A stretch of DNA of 63,924 nt, counting the filler, from Sphacelaria rigidula (Eukaryota), in NCBI GenBank assembly GCA_964200075.2. It is 7 parts of 7 records of this genome, joined end to end, with 100 filler letters (N's around TTAATTAATTAA, not from the genome) between each part and the next. Parts side by side here need not be neighbours in the genome. Positions count along the whole stretch, not along the records: positions 1 to 9,048 come from CAXNAA020009435.1; positions 9,149 to 18,195 come from CAXNAA020009436.1; 5 more parts are not named here. The stretch is one strand, 5' to 3'. The position numbers were made by a program, and so were the translations under genes. This document shows, one piece after another, positions 1-11,672 of the stretch. The notes beneath the pieces are model-generated. The model worked only from the letters and a program-made list of their open reading frames with translations, ran no database searches and was not told the DNA's origin. Each line of letters opens with the position of its first letter. Position 1 is the first letter of the stretch.

Positions 1-430
1 GGATGATGTCATTCTACTCGGTACATATTTTTGTATGGCCTGTAGAGGTACTCACTTCAGGAGGCACGGTCGTGCAAGCGCTGTCAGTGCTTTTACGCGC
101 AATGTATAATATGTACATGTATCATTTCACCTTTTCACCGCTTTTGCCGAGTTTCTGGCGGCAAGGCATTTTTTCCCACACGTCCTATTGCGCCGCACCG
201 AGAAGGCTCAGCGGTACATTACCGTTCGGGTTTGGGCACCATCTGATACCTGTGGCGCGTGTTCTGGCCACCGAAAGTCGCTCAAACTGGTCTTTTTTCG
301 CGGGGTGTCAATCCCGAACCACAACTCTTCAAGATCGTGAAAAACTTGACAAAGTATATATTCTAGACTTGCGTCACCCCCGGGAGGCCCGTACCAACCT
401 CCCGAAGGGGAACCTTGTATATATATATAA
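1..430 (+). mobile_element. 3' part of a non-autonomous, possibly Helitron-like repeat ending in a hairpin, CTTG and (TA)n
   Basis: Close copy at about 31297-31728; related copies at 28006-28900 (minus) and 30285-30700. End reads cgggagg-N10-cctcccg...aaggggaaccttg-tatata; no TIR seen. Confidence 0.6.
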
Positions 431-1399
431 AAAAATATATATATCATATCTATCACATATCATATACCCTTCTAGCCATATTTTGCTGGAAAAGCTCCAT
501 ATGGGGTATGTGACATGAAGTCATCAAAAAAATCATCATATCTAATGTACCCTCCGAAAAAACATGACTAAGGTGTATGAAATATCATATAGTACCGGGG
601 GGTGGGTATATGTTGGCTAGGGGTATACCTATACTAGGCTCGAGCAGGAACTTCCACAACACGACTATCCTGGATGGTGGCCACGGGCGTTGAAGCTCGG
701 TGGGGCTTTTGCAGTGCCTTTATCCGGATTGTGAGTTGCAGAAGTGGTCGAATTTCGGATTCCCCACGTCACACGTTATTGGGATCAAAACCGGATTAAT
801 CCGCGGATTTTGTTTTTCAAACGGAGCGGATATCCGGCGTGGACGGAGCGGAGCACATCTCTATGTGGTAGACATAATTGACACTCGACTCAAAGCATAT
901 GAACGTCGTGCGCAATCGAAAACGTCTGTACACACATTGATTCGTAATCCAGTACGTACGGTGCACGGTACTCATGATACAAAGTTTTCAACTAAATCAA
1001 GGTCCTGCATACAGACCCATGCATTCAGAACAGTAACGAAACCTCACATCAATTTCGACGTGCTTGCCAACCATACGCTATGGCGAACAGCCAATCTCTC
1101 CTCAAATAATGTTTTGCGTAACCTCTCGATACTTGTGCACAGACAACTGATCAATAAAAGGATATACTTCGAAGTGCGTACACACCATGTTCTACTGCAC
1201 TGCTACCAGTCAAGCACTAATTAGCCAACAGTGAGTAGTGGCGTAGTCGCTGATTTTACTGGGTCCGTACTCGATAATTATGTTGCAGCTGTTTTGTGAG
1301 TTTTTCACTCTGGATCTATTTTATTTTATTTTGGTTTCTTCTGCTAGCCTGNNNNNNNNNNCCAGTACCAATGTACCGCGCAGATATCGGAACGGCTTT

Positions 1400-3560
1400 T
1401 AATGTGAAGACAACAACAACAACAACAACAAGCTGTAGTAGCGTTTGTTGATCTCTTTCGGTCCATTCTCGGTAGTGATGTTGTAGCCGCCCGTCTCAGT
1501 CTGTGCCCTCATTCGATCGTAGTTGCTGTGGTATGTAGTAGTTGTGTGAAAATTATGAAAGCAGTGAAGTACTGTGACCTGATCGCACGAAGTGTTCCGT
1601 TTCAAACAAATCACGGAAAGTTCAAGTGACGTGATGTGTAGTGCGCCCTGTGCTCCAAGAAGAGCAATGTTTCTGGCAATGCTTAAGTGCGCTGAAGATG
1701 TGCCTCTGGATGCTGGCTTCTCGATAGTGAATGCTGTCCTCGGGCTTGCTGGTGGAGTCACTTTGGATGGTTGCTTCTTAAAAACGCAGGTGATTCTCAT
1801 TTGTGATTGTGCTGGCTGATGGGGATTTTCTGTACCGCGCCTTCTGCGCTCGATGTTGCTGGGACGTAGAATCCCCCCGCTTTTCACGTGTGCAGGTGGT
1901 CACCCCGGTGGCTCTGTTGATAACCTCGAAGCCTTCTGATGGTTGAGTAGTGGAGTTCAATTCCTGGAGCGATGGAGCAATCTAGGAATTTGTCTCACAA
2001 CATGCCCAACAGTGGAGAGCGACTATGTCGTGGGTACACAAAAATCGACGTAACGGTTGACGAGGGAAAGGGAGTGCTGAATCCCTCTCGCGATAAAAAA
2101 AAAAGGGCAAGCACCGCAGAAGGAAGGTGGGGTACTAAAAAGAAAAAAAGAAAGAAAAAAGTCTTGTGTTGGCCTTTCTCCTGTATCCCCGGCTGGTGCG
2201 CCCACATATGCCACAAGGTGCAGACTGTCGCCCAGAATAAATGGGACGACAACACACGCAACACACACAACACACACAACAGGTGGGGTAGGAAGCACCT
2301 ACTGCAGTACTATATTTGAATCTGTTTTCTTGATGCCAAGCACTTCGTCGATGTACCCTTTCTCTTCTCGTGTTGATGAAGCTTTGATGCCACAATTGCC
2401 CGGGTGTGATGACTTTGCTGGTGCTGGTGTTGCTCTTGGTGTTGCTGATGCTGGTGCGGCTGACGCTGATGATGATAATAATGACGGCGACGAGGAAATT
2501 AATCGTGGTTCTTCTGCCGCAAAGTTGTCGATCGTTTTGCTTTAAAAGGTGGGATAACATTAGTTTCTGTACCCCTGTCGAAATTTCTACGCCTGCTAAA
2601 GTCGACTTGTTTGTTCTTTTCGTAAAATTTCCGCTTTTGCCTACTATCTGTGCTGTTGTGTGCAGTTGCAGGCTGATCCCTGAAGATCTACATCTGCTGT
2701 AGTTTGGACTCTTTCTCATTTTCCCCGATGAACCGTACGCCATTTTTGCTGTTCTGCCGTAAGCGGTCGGAGGTGGTTCCCCCCTCTTGACTGCTACTGT
2801 CGGTTTGATGTCCGGTGGAGATATTGCTGCTGATAATGCTGTGCCCATCCCCATACATTCCCCGTGCACGATCTTAGTCGTAACTGCTGATCCGGTGTTT
2901 GTGTCGAAGTTTCTCGAGTCCCGAGTTATCTTTATGTTGATGATGTGAAGCATACCGTTGTTGTCGTAGACATTTATTGGAATTTTGAATTTTCCAAGGT
3001 CTACGTGAGAGTTGACGGTAAACACGGTTGAAACAGGTTGAAACACCCTTTGTCAATGCTTCAACAGGTGAGAAAACATGTTTCGCCAGGCCGGGCACAA
3101 TAATGGCTGGAAGGCGGACGGAGTGCTGATTTCCATACTGATCGCAGACGACGGAGTGGAGCACTCCTTTTCCTGTTCCGCAAAGTAGATGGCATCCTAC
3201 TGTAACGATTCTCATGGAAGGATAAAGTTTCACATACTCAAACACACGACGCCACGACCTCTAGCGGAATGGCAATGAAGCCAGGTGCGGTACTGCTTGT
3301 GCGCTGTAGACTACGAATCATTCACATCGTCTTCTTCCCGCTGAGGTTGGCAAGAATAAGGAGCTGCACCCAAGGCAACGTCTTATACCCGCCGAGCATT
3401 CAAGTTTCATGCGAAACAACTGAGCGAGCGCTGATATCATGGCGGCGGCAGCAAGGCCCTCTGTTTGCAATGCCAAGCTTTTCCACTCCGTGACTGGTCC
3501 ACTGCGGTAAGCATAATAGTTGTGACGCATATTCCACTTTGCTTAGGGTAAATTGATCGT
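1400..3560 (-). mobile_element. Degenerate, internally deleted Ty1/Copia remnant (protease region and post-integrase linker)
   Basis: ORF 2874-3245 (GCHLLCGTGKGVL...RLPAIIVPGLAKHVFSP) resembles the Copia protease C-terminal region; many stops and frameshifts. Confidence 0.6.
2000..2295 (-). repeat. Dispersed repeat (gtcccatctattctggacg...gcaccagccggggtc...ccaccttccttctgcggtgc family) inside the Copia remnant
   Basis: Other copies at about 18065-18195 (+), 29775-29945 (+), 53989-54168 (+) and 60265-60480 (-). Confidence 0.85.
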
Positions 3561-4253
3561 GAATTAGCAGTGGCGGTGGTGGCGTGGATAGGGGCGGTTC
3601 CTTCTCGTTTCGTTGTGAAGTTTAAAGAGGCACACCGGATTTCAGAGTGGAGTGCTCCGAACAGGACTCTGACGCTGCAAAGTTGATCCTGAATTTATAA
3701 TCATAGTGGAATGTATACCGTCACCAGTGTTTTCTTCCTTCAATCTGACTCTAAAATGCGAAACATACGTTTCCCGAAACGCTACAACGTCTTGAAAGTG
3801 TTTCTGTTTAATTGTGCCTTTGTGATTTTTCATATAAAGTTTGAGAGCACAAGTCTCGAAGCTGAGCTGATAAATCCAGATTTGCAGACCGAGTCACCTT
3901 CGAAATGAAGCTGTATGTCGTAGGCTACTGATTACCCAATCTTGGAGTTGTGCTTGAAACTTGGTGTGGTAATCGAAACGACATAATGAACACAACATTC
4001 CAGGCGTCGGCCTTTTCTTCTTCCGTGAGTTGAGAATGATTTCGTGAAGGATGATCCATTTCGCCAGAGAACTTTTTAGCTCACGAGAAGTGAAAAATAC
4101 TCAACGTCTTGGCCACTAGTGTTTTACTATGCCCTTGGGATTCTCCGCAGCGAATTCCAAAGCACAATTTTCAAAACTGTGGCGCTGAATTGCGGCCTAG
4201 TGTGTGCTATGGGTAAAGAGCGAAAAACAATATCCATTCATCACAAAACGTCG

Positions 4254-4636
4254 CACACGCGACCATTCGGCTACCTCCATACAAATCATCTATCGCGATT
4301 TTCATCCTCTCGAGGGTAAAACGCTCTCTAGAGAGTATTTCATCCCCCTGGTGCGGTCATGAACGAATTTCTCTGGAGGGCATCCGGTGCTCCAGTGACT
4401 TCGGAGGTTTGAATCCCTCGAGAGTAACAAAATAGATGGTGCTCTGGAGGGCTGCGCATCCTCCAAATTCCTCCGGAGGATGCGCGGCCCTCCAGAGGCC
4501 AAATAAGCCTCGGAGGCGTTTGATTCCACCCTTCTGGGGGGGCGCGCCCCGTCCGGAGGCGTTAACTTCCTCTGGATGCTAGAAACGTTGACCGGAACAG
4601 AGTATTTTTGGTGGGGTAGCCAAATGTCCGCGTGTG
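4254..4636. mobile_element. CACTA/CMC-like MITE, copy 1
   Basis: TIRs cacacgcgaccattcggctacc...ggtagccaaatgtccgcgtgtg; internal array of CCTCCGGAGG-like motifs. Confidence 0.75.
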
Positions 4637-6753
4637 ATCCTAAAGTCACGAAAACAAGGATATATATGTCTCGAGGGATGCTATATCACTGCGCCCTTGT
4701 GCTACTTCACAACAAAGTTCAACGCATTACTCTCAAACTGAGACCCCAAATCCAGATGAATTGCGTCTCGTATTGCATCTCGTAGTACCCCAAGCCAGTA
4801 TTTAAAATATTTCACACAAAGTGCGACAACCAAACAGTCTGGACAATGGATACACTAATAGTCCATTGCTTCAGCAATAAACAGGGGGGAGAATCTATCG
4901 ATTTCTATTCTCGAACACGACAGATGGTGAAACACATCTAATGATATGTGTTGCAAGGGACAATAGATGTTGCAATAGTCGATCGATAGCCTATGGCAAT
5001 TACAGTAGATAAGATCATTCGCCGTCGATGGGCATCGTGTACCGCAATAGATTCTGGGATGTATATATTGATAGCCATTGCCATAATCAATAATTTTGGT
5101 GAGCCATCCATCGATAATCATTGCCGTTATCGATAATTTTGGTGAGCCATCCATCGATAGTCATTGACGTCATCAAAAGATTAGGTGAGCCATCTATCAA
5201 TACCCATTACCGTCATCGATAGATTGGTGAGCCGTCTATCGCTAGGTTCTGCCATCAACATTGCATTTATGAGTATCTATCAGTATGGTCATTGCCGTCA
5301 ACAATAGATTGTTCTCGGGAGCGCGTATCGATAGCCAATGACGCCAACGAAAGGTTTTGAAAAATATATTGCTCATTGCAGTGGTCTTATGACATCAATG
5401 GCAATACTCCTTCCACATAAACACGCAACTACCTGAGTGAAATAAGGTGAAAGTATACACCGATTTATATGCATACATAGCGCTAGTGATCGACGTCATT
5501 CACTACTTTTGTGGTCAGCAATAGATATTAGTGGCCGCGATTCAGATTGTATTGTGACCAGCGATAGAAATTGGTGGCCGCGATTCGAATTCTATTGTGA
5601 TCCTCAATAGCCATTGGTGGACGAAAATTGATATTCCATTGTGACCAACAATATGTTTTGCTGCGTGGCCGATCCTATTGTGATAAGCAATATACTACCT
5701 TAGTGGCCACAATTCAGAGCCTATTGCAAAAAATATGATGTATCCATAGGAAGGTTGGCCCCTCCATTGTCACGGCAATGGTACATTCCGTCCCTCATCC
5801 CGAATCTATTGTCGCCAACAACGGCTATCGACAGACATTGATGCCAGTCGATTATGACTGACAATGAATATCGACAGTCAAATTTTCGGGGCTATTGCAG
5901 CGCCAATATTCCATTACATATAGTCTATTGTCCGAGGTTTTAAGCACATCTTACCCACATCCAGAAGTACTGTTAGTTATAAGCGCTCATGTTCATCAGA
6001 GGTACGAATATAAGTACCGTGTCATGAAGCTAGGAGGCGTTTATGATCAAATCTGGGATTTTATAGTTGCGGGTCTGATCAAGCTTGACTAGGCCGGATG
6101 TGATACTGATAAAAGGTACAGACATGGCTTTTCCTGAGCCATCCCGGTTACTTGCGATCTTGGAGCCAACTGCTAAGCATTGCTGGAGCTGGTGAGCAAC
6201 GTGAGAAAACATCGAACGGGGCGATAACGAATACGAGTGAACAAGAGTCTTTTCTATCAAGCGGGTATAGCTTATTGCGTGAATCTGTATTGGTGTGAAC
6301 TGGTGTTGGACACAACCTGACCCTGCCAGGGTTGATCTAAAAAGGATCTGACCTGACCGGCGTGCACACAAGAGGGTTCATGCTTCATAACATCATAACA
6401 TTTGGCGTCGAAGTTAGGACGGCGCGACGGTAGATGCAGGGGGGGTTGAAGCAGAACACCATAACAACCGACACCACACCAACAACAAAACTTGTGAACT
6501 TTTGCCCACACACATTGCGGATTTCTACAAAATACAAGTTTTCCAAAATTGTAGAAACTTATATACCCACTGCATGTCCACTTGCGGCTTCTCTGCCGTA
6601 CCTTAATGGAGTATAATATGCTCCATACGTAGTATGTTGGGATGTAGGTGTGGCAATAGACGACATACAATATTTATCGGTAGGCGTTGTATACCAGAGT
6701 AGGTTCTGGTATGTAGCTATCGATATTCATTTGCCGCCATGCATAGATTTATA

Positions 6754-7292
6754 CTTCCTCCGTCCCACAAGTAAATGTACCTACATTTGTACGCGCCCTT
6801 AACGATGTCCGATCATTTTTTTTAATGAACTCTACGGTGTTTTTTGGGTCAAGAAAATGTGTTCAAAATTTGCAGCTCGTGCTTGAACCATGCCGCCGAG
6901 GGGCTGCAAAAAAAGTAGTCGGCCCCAAAATGGCCGTTTTTTGCCCCTTTCCGAGGGGGGAAAAAGTGTCGATGTTTTAATATATATTTTTTTAACCGCG
7001 TTGGACTTCCTGGCAGCAAGCCCCAGTGAAGCCGGGGGCGAAAAAAAAAATCAAGAATGTTTTTTTCGACACCTTTTTTCCCCTCTGAAGGAGGCAAAAA
7101 ACGGCCATTTTTGGGCGGACTATTTTTTTGCAGCCGTTCGGCGGCATGATTCACGCACGAGCTGCAAATTTCAAACACATTTTCTTGATCCAAACAACAC
7201 CGTAGAGTTTCTTGAAAAGACAAAAAAAAACGAGCATACATCGTTGAGGGCCCGTACGAATTTAGGTACCTTTATTTATGGGACAGAGCAAG
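6754..7292. mobile_element. Stowaway-like (Tc1/mariner) fold-back MITE
   Basis: TA|cttcctccgtcccaca...tatgggacagagcaag|TA; the two arms are reverse-complementary over about 200 bp. Confidence 0.85.
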
Positions 7293-7621
7293 TACGCAAT
7301 TTATCAAAAGCTATTATTGCCGTCATCAATAGATCGGCTATACAGTCTGTCAAAAGCCACCGTCGTCATCAGTAGATTTGGCACACGGTCTATCGATAGC
7401 CATTGCCGTCATCAACAGATAGATGTGGAAAGCTATCAATCGATGCATTTGGTCGGCCGCAATAGATTTCGGTGTAGGGCCACAGCAGACTGCTGCCCAT
7501 ACAATAGTGGGAAAGTGTTCCATCGATAGAAATTGCCAACGACAATAGAAAAAGAAAATTTCCGATCGATGGCCATTACGGACGACAATGCTGGCATCTA
7601 CTGCAGCAGATTCTGTTGTTA

Positions 7622-7841
7622 CACACGCGGCCATTTGGCTACACCCCAAAATGCCTCCGGAGGGATACGCGGCACTCCAGGGGGAAAACAAGCCTTCGGA
7701 GGCATTCAATCCCTGCGGAGGACACCAAATTCTACCGACTCGGAGGGCCGCGCACCCCTCCGGAGGCATTTAATCCCTCTGGAGGCTCGTAACGTTTACC
7801 CACCTGGAGGAATTTTGGAGGTAGTCAAATGGCCGCGTGTT
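7622..7841. mobile_element. CACTA/CMC-like MITE, copy 2
   Basis: TIRs cacacgcggccatttggctac...gtagtcaaatggccgcgtgt; flanked by ta/ta. Confidence 0.75.
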
Positions 7842-7883
7842 TATCGCAATATATGCCGTCCATTGTTCAGGGTGTGTAATATT

Positions 7884-8876
7884 CACACGTGGCCATTCGG
7901 CTACCCCCATACAAATCCTCTATCGCGATTTTCATCCTCTCGAGGGTAAAATGCCCTCTAGAGAGTATTTCATCCCCTGGTGCGGTCATAAAACGACATT
8001 CTCTGGAGCGCAACTGATGCTGCAGGGACTTCTTCTCAGGTTTGAATCCCTCGAGAGTAACAAAGTAGATGATGCTCTGGAGGGCCGCGCATCCTCCAAG
8101 TTCCTCCGGAGGATGCGCGGCCCTTCAGAGGCCAAACAAGCCTCCGGAGGCGTTTGATTCCACCTGTCTGAAGGGCCGCGCACCCTCCAGAGGCGTTAAA
8201 TTCCTCTGGAGGCAAGGGTCTGTCGAGAAAATTCTTTCGGATAGCCCCCCTCCCGGAGGACATTTTTTTGAGAATTGTCACGATTTTTGTGATTTTTCTT
8301 GTTACTTGTTGAAATTGCTGAAAGAAATTGATAAGGAAACACTGACAAAAACTGAAAAGTCTGGCGAGCTCTGCGAGGTTCGTATATATTTGCTTTTGCT
8401 CCTTGCCCACCCTGTCCTGATGACCTCGGATGTCGGCAACGCTCACACACATTTATGTACAATAATACACGAGCGCACACGGTAGCGACAGCGTGTAGCT
8501 AAAAGTAGTAAGCTCATTTCACGCCTCGCCAAATTTGCCCGCACTCCTAGTGGTAGGTAGTCGAGGCACACGACACGGAACATGACCCGATAAATGTAAT
8601 CATGGTAGGTGATGAGCTTGGAGGGGCGGTGTCTTCGCCAGCGGTCCCCATCCCAAGGATCCCTGTACACGGCAGCTGACCGCCTCCGCCAACCCCTCGG
8701 CAATAAACTAGGGGACAGCAGGATGGGTGTCCCCCTCCCCCTTTAAAAACTCGAATTTTCGAATTTTCGATCTTGGGGCCTACGTGTCCCGAAATATATC
8801 TAGACAGACCCCTGCTGGAGGCTCGAAAAGTTGCCGGAACAGAGTATTTTGGAGGGTGGCCGAATGGCCGCGTGTG
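7884..8876. mobile_element. CACTA/CMC-like element, longer copy 3
   Basis: TIRs cacacgtggccattcggctacc...ggtggccgaatggccgcgtgtg; flanked by tt/tt; the first 320 bp or so match copy 1. Confidence 0.8.
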
Positions 8877-9048
8877 TTGACACCGTGGTCCAGCTCACTG
8901 CTCCGAGACGACGCTCGCCAAGCAGGGTTGGCTCCATGGGTGCGAAATGCCACAAGCAGGCTAGGTCGAGTTATTTTTATTATTTATTATCATTATTTCC
9001 GCACATTAGTCCGATCTCGCGAACCCGTGGTCACAGACGTAGGCTCGC

Positions 9049-9148
9049 NNNNNNNNNNNNNNNNNNNNNNNNNNNNNNNNNNNNNNNNNNNNTTAATTAA
9101 TTAANNNNNNNNNNNNNNNNNNNNNNNNNNNNNNNNNNNNNNNNNNNN
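9049..9148. other. Assembly spacer: 100 bp of N with a central TTAATTAATTAA. The same spacer occurs at 18196-18295, 27343-27442, 36490-36589, 45636-45735 and 54781-54880
   Basis: Six identical spacers with a stop-in-all-frames linker; the segments between them decrease in length from 9048 to 9044 bp. Confidence 0.97.
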
Positions 9149-10624
9149 AGACGTGTGTTGGCGATTTTCCCTGTTTGGGGGGTCAAAAAGTGAGTCAAAC
9201 GTCCCAAAAGTGGACAATCCGTGGGTCAAAAATCTGTGTGCCATAACATCCCGGCCTAAGTAAGGCTCATTATTATCGACGCTTTTTGATGCAGAGACAT
9301 CAGGTTCTTTCAGAGTTGTCGGACGTTACGTTCAGAGTTCTCTGAGAACGAAGCGGTTTGATTCCTTCTCCGAAGCTTCATTTTCGGAGAAGTCCGAAAA
9401 TTCGACCTGCAACGCAGCACTTCGGACAGCTGCCCTGTGAAAACATCGTATCGCTCGCAGGGGTTCGAAAATCATCAGGCATCTTGCCAGTCCTGACAGT
9501 TTCGGAGATCTTCGAGAGAACAAAGTCGATATTTATGGGATATGACACGGCCTCAGGTAACTCTTAACCAGGAAGGCGTGAACAACATTGTTTGGCAAGC
9601 ACCGCGTACTTGAAAATTGCTTCTTGCTTGTATCTATCTGACTGCATTGCACCCAACGCGAGACCGCATCAGTAATGATCTGCTGTTGTCTAGGCATTTG
9701 ATTCATGTGAGACACTGGGACAAGCCCTCAGTAGGATCATCACCGCACTTGGGTCATCATCATACGCCGAGCTGCCCGTGCAATCTTGTGCTCGTGCATC
9801 TCGTCATTTCTGTCTCAGACGTTTCAAACCACAGAAGAAATGTGCAATACACTACGATGCGAAAAATCGGAGATAACTGTGGGCTACTCCAGATAATGCT
9901 TTTCAGCGCAACAGGCGAACACCACACAAATCAAGCACCTTACCGCCAAACCTCGCGCGCCCCAGCGACCTCGATGTCTGACGAATTTATAAAGGATACT
10001 GTGGGGATCTGAAGAGGTGCGCATAATCACAACATGTCACAGGCCGTTGTTGTCGTGGTAAAGATGAAACCCGTCTTATCAGGGCAGTCAACTATACAGT
10101 ACGCTATCGAGTTGAGGGTAAAACACGAAACACGTCGATCACGATGACACGCCGGTAAGCTCGCGTAACACGCCTGCCTGGGTTCTCGGTTCCACTGCTA
10201 CTACTGACCAGGTTATAATAATAGTAGTGTGCCATCTCACCCTTATAGATTTTCGCCGATATACAGTACACGACAAAAATCACCGAGGTCTCTAACAATC
10301 TTTCATTTGGGCAAGCCCTTCCGGCGTCCTCTTTTCGGCACTGTACAGTCATCGCGATCGGGGCGCATATATAAGAGAACGACCTGCGTCGTGGAAGTAG
10401 CTAACGTGAATTACAGACTATTGCGCAAACAGACGATATTAAGTGCGTTTTCCAAAAAAAAAAGGCGGTGCAATAAGAAATAGCGGCGGAATTAGTGTGA
10501 GAGGATACTTGTCCTTCAGCGATCAGCGACGTACCCAATGCATGCAACTACGTGTATCCTCATTACTAGAACCCCGGTATTCTGAGATAGGCAGGTGTTC
10601 GTCCACCGGCGCTCGAAATATTGA

Positions 10625-10687
10625 CAATATAGAATACCGAGGTCGCAATATACATCACCGAGGTCGCAATATACACCACCGAGGTCT
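10625..10687 (+). repeat. Three tandem copies of a 21-bp unit (caatatacatcaccgaggtcg)
   Basis: Read directly from the sequence. Confidence 0.9.
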
Positions 10688-11469
10688 CGCGCCTTTCTTG
10701 CTGCACGGTCTATTATCACAATGTTACGTCCACACCAAATACACCCTCGCACTCGCACCAGCTCACGCACGGTGTCACATGTGCCCACCGTCCTTCAGCA
10801 AACATGTATTCTTGAGCAGAAAGCATACCTCCGGTTTTGTGCAAGAAGAGCGGTTCCTTGAAAATACCAAAAATATCAAAGCGAACCACAGCAAATCCAG
10901 CCGTCATAGGCTATCATCGCCGGATTGGAACCTCTGCCAGACCCTACCCACACCCCGACGGCGTGCTCTTCTGTGCGAATATAGTATATCCGCTACCTCC
11001 AAACTCAAGATGTATCTCTCTCGTCCGCGGTCAAGCCCCGCGTAACCCTGAGTGCTCTTCCACGGCCAATATCTTTCAAAAGGACTTGGTTGACCTAAAA
11101 GACTGAGGGGAATGACAGGTGTTATAAGTGCCTACGTAACATCTGTGGGGCCTCTCCCACAGGAGAGAACGCCCACGAAAAGAAATCCTGTAGTGAGCCG
11201 ACGTTTGAGTTCCACCCCGTGAGTACTAACGTACGTTTCTCCCGCGCACATGCGTATAGCAGATGTTGATTGTTTTTTCAGAGTATGTACATACAGTATG
11301 TGCGCGTACCTCTCATGATTATAAAGTGATGCCTGCTCGAAAAAAAGTGCTATCGATAATTCAGCTCCTCAGTTTCACGTCTGTTTCTGACCGAATGTTA
11401 ACTTTCTCCTCCGACCTTACGCCCTCCTCCATTTTGCACCATTTCACGACTAATGCCAAGATAGCCCCA

Positions 11470-11672
11470 CCCAAAAAGGTGGCTGGTGTGGCAAGGCAAA
11501 ATCTACACGTAAATCGAAAAGAAAAGAGCTGAGCACAACGAGCAGCTGGGGATTCCCACGCTGGGGATCGTTTTTGCCGATGTCGCCCATATGAGGCGCT
11601 TCATGCAGCCTGAAAGCAAACATCATGCGCTGTATGACCATTTACTTCGTGACAGTTTTGGGCTGGTTTTGG
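11470..11672. repeat. Dispersed repeat; reverse-complement copy at about 54953-55150
   Basis: Shared gcccatatgaggcgcttcatgcag...gctgtatg core. Confidence 0.8.

Larger units (their letters stand above)
4834..7877. mobile_element. About 3-kb non-autonomous TIR element with subterminal degenerate repeat arrays, hosting nested MITEs
   Basis: Ends acagtctggacaatgga / tccattgttcagggtgtg are imperfect inverted repeats; atcgatagccattg and ctattgtgacc-like units fill about 4860-5900 and 7300-7870. Confidence 0.55.

Noticed and set aside
3-518. Similar ORFs at 3-518, 28493-28924, 30292-30735 and 31236-31652 as a gene family
   Set aside because: Translations of one dispersed repeat; frames break differently in each copy
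5060-5260. CRISPR-like periodic repeats
   Set aside because: Degenerate tandem units with no unique spacers, no cas genes, and a eukaryotic context
9093-9104. TTAATTAATTAA palindrome recurring about every 9.15 kb
   Set aside because: Artificial linker embedded in N runs, not a biological periodicity
10625-10687. 21-bp repeat as a mini-array or coding repeat
   Set aside because: Simple three-copy minisatellite; the overlapping 200-aa ORF has no recognisable features
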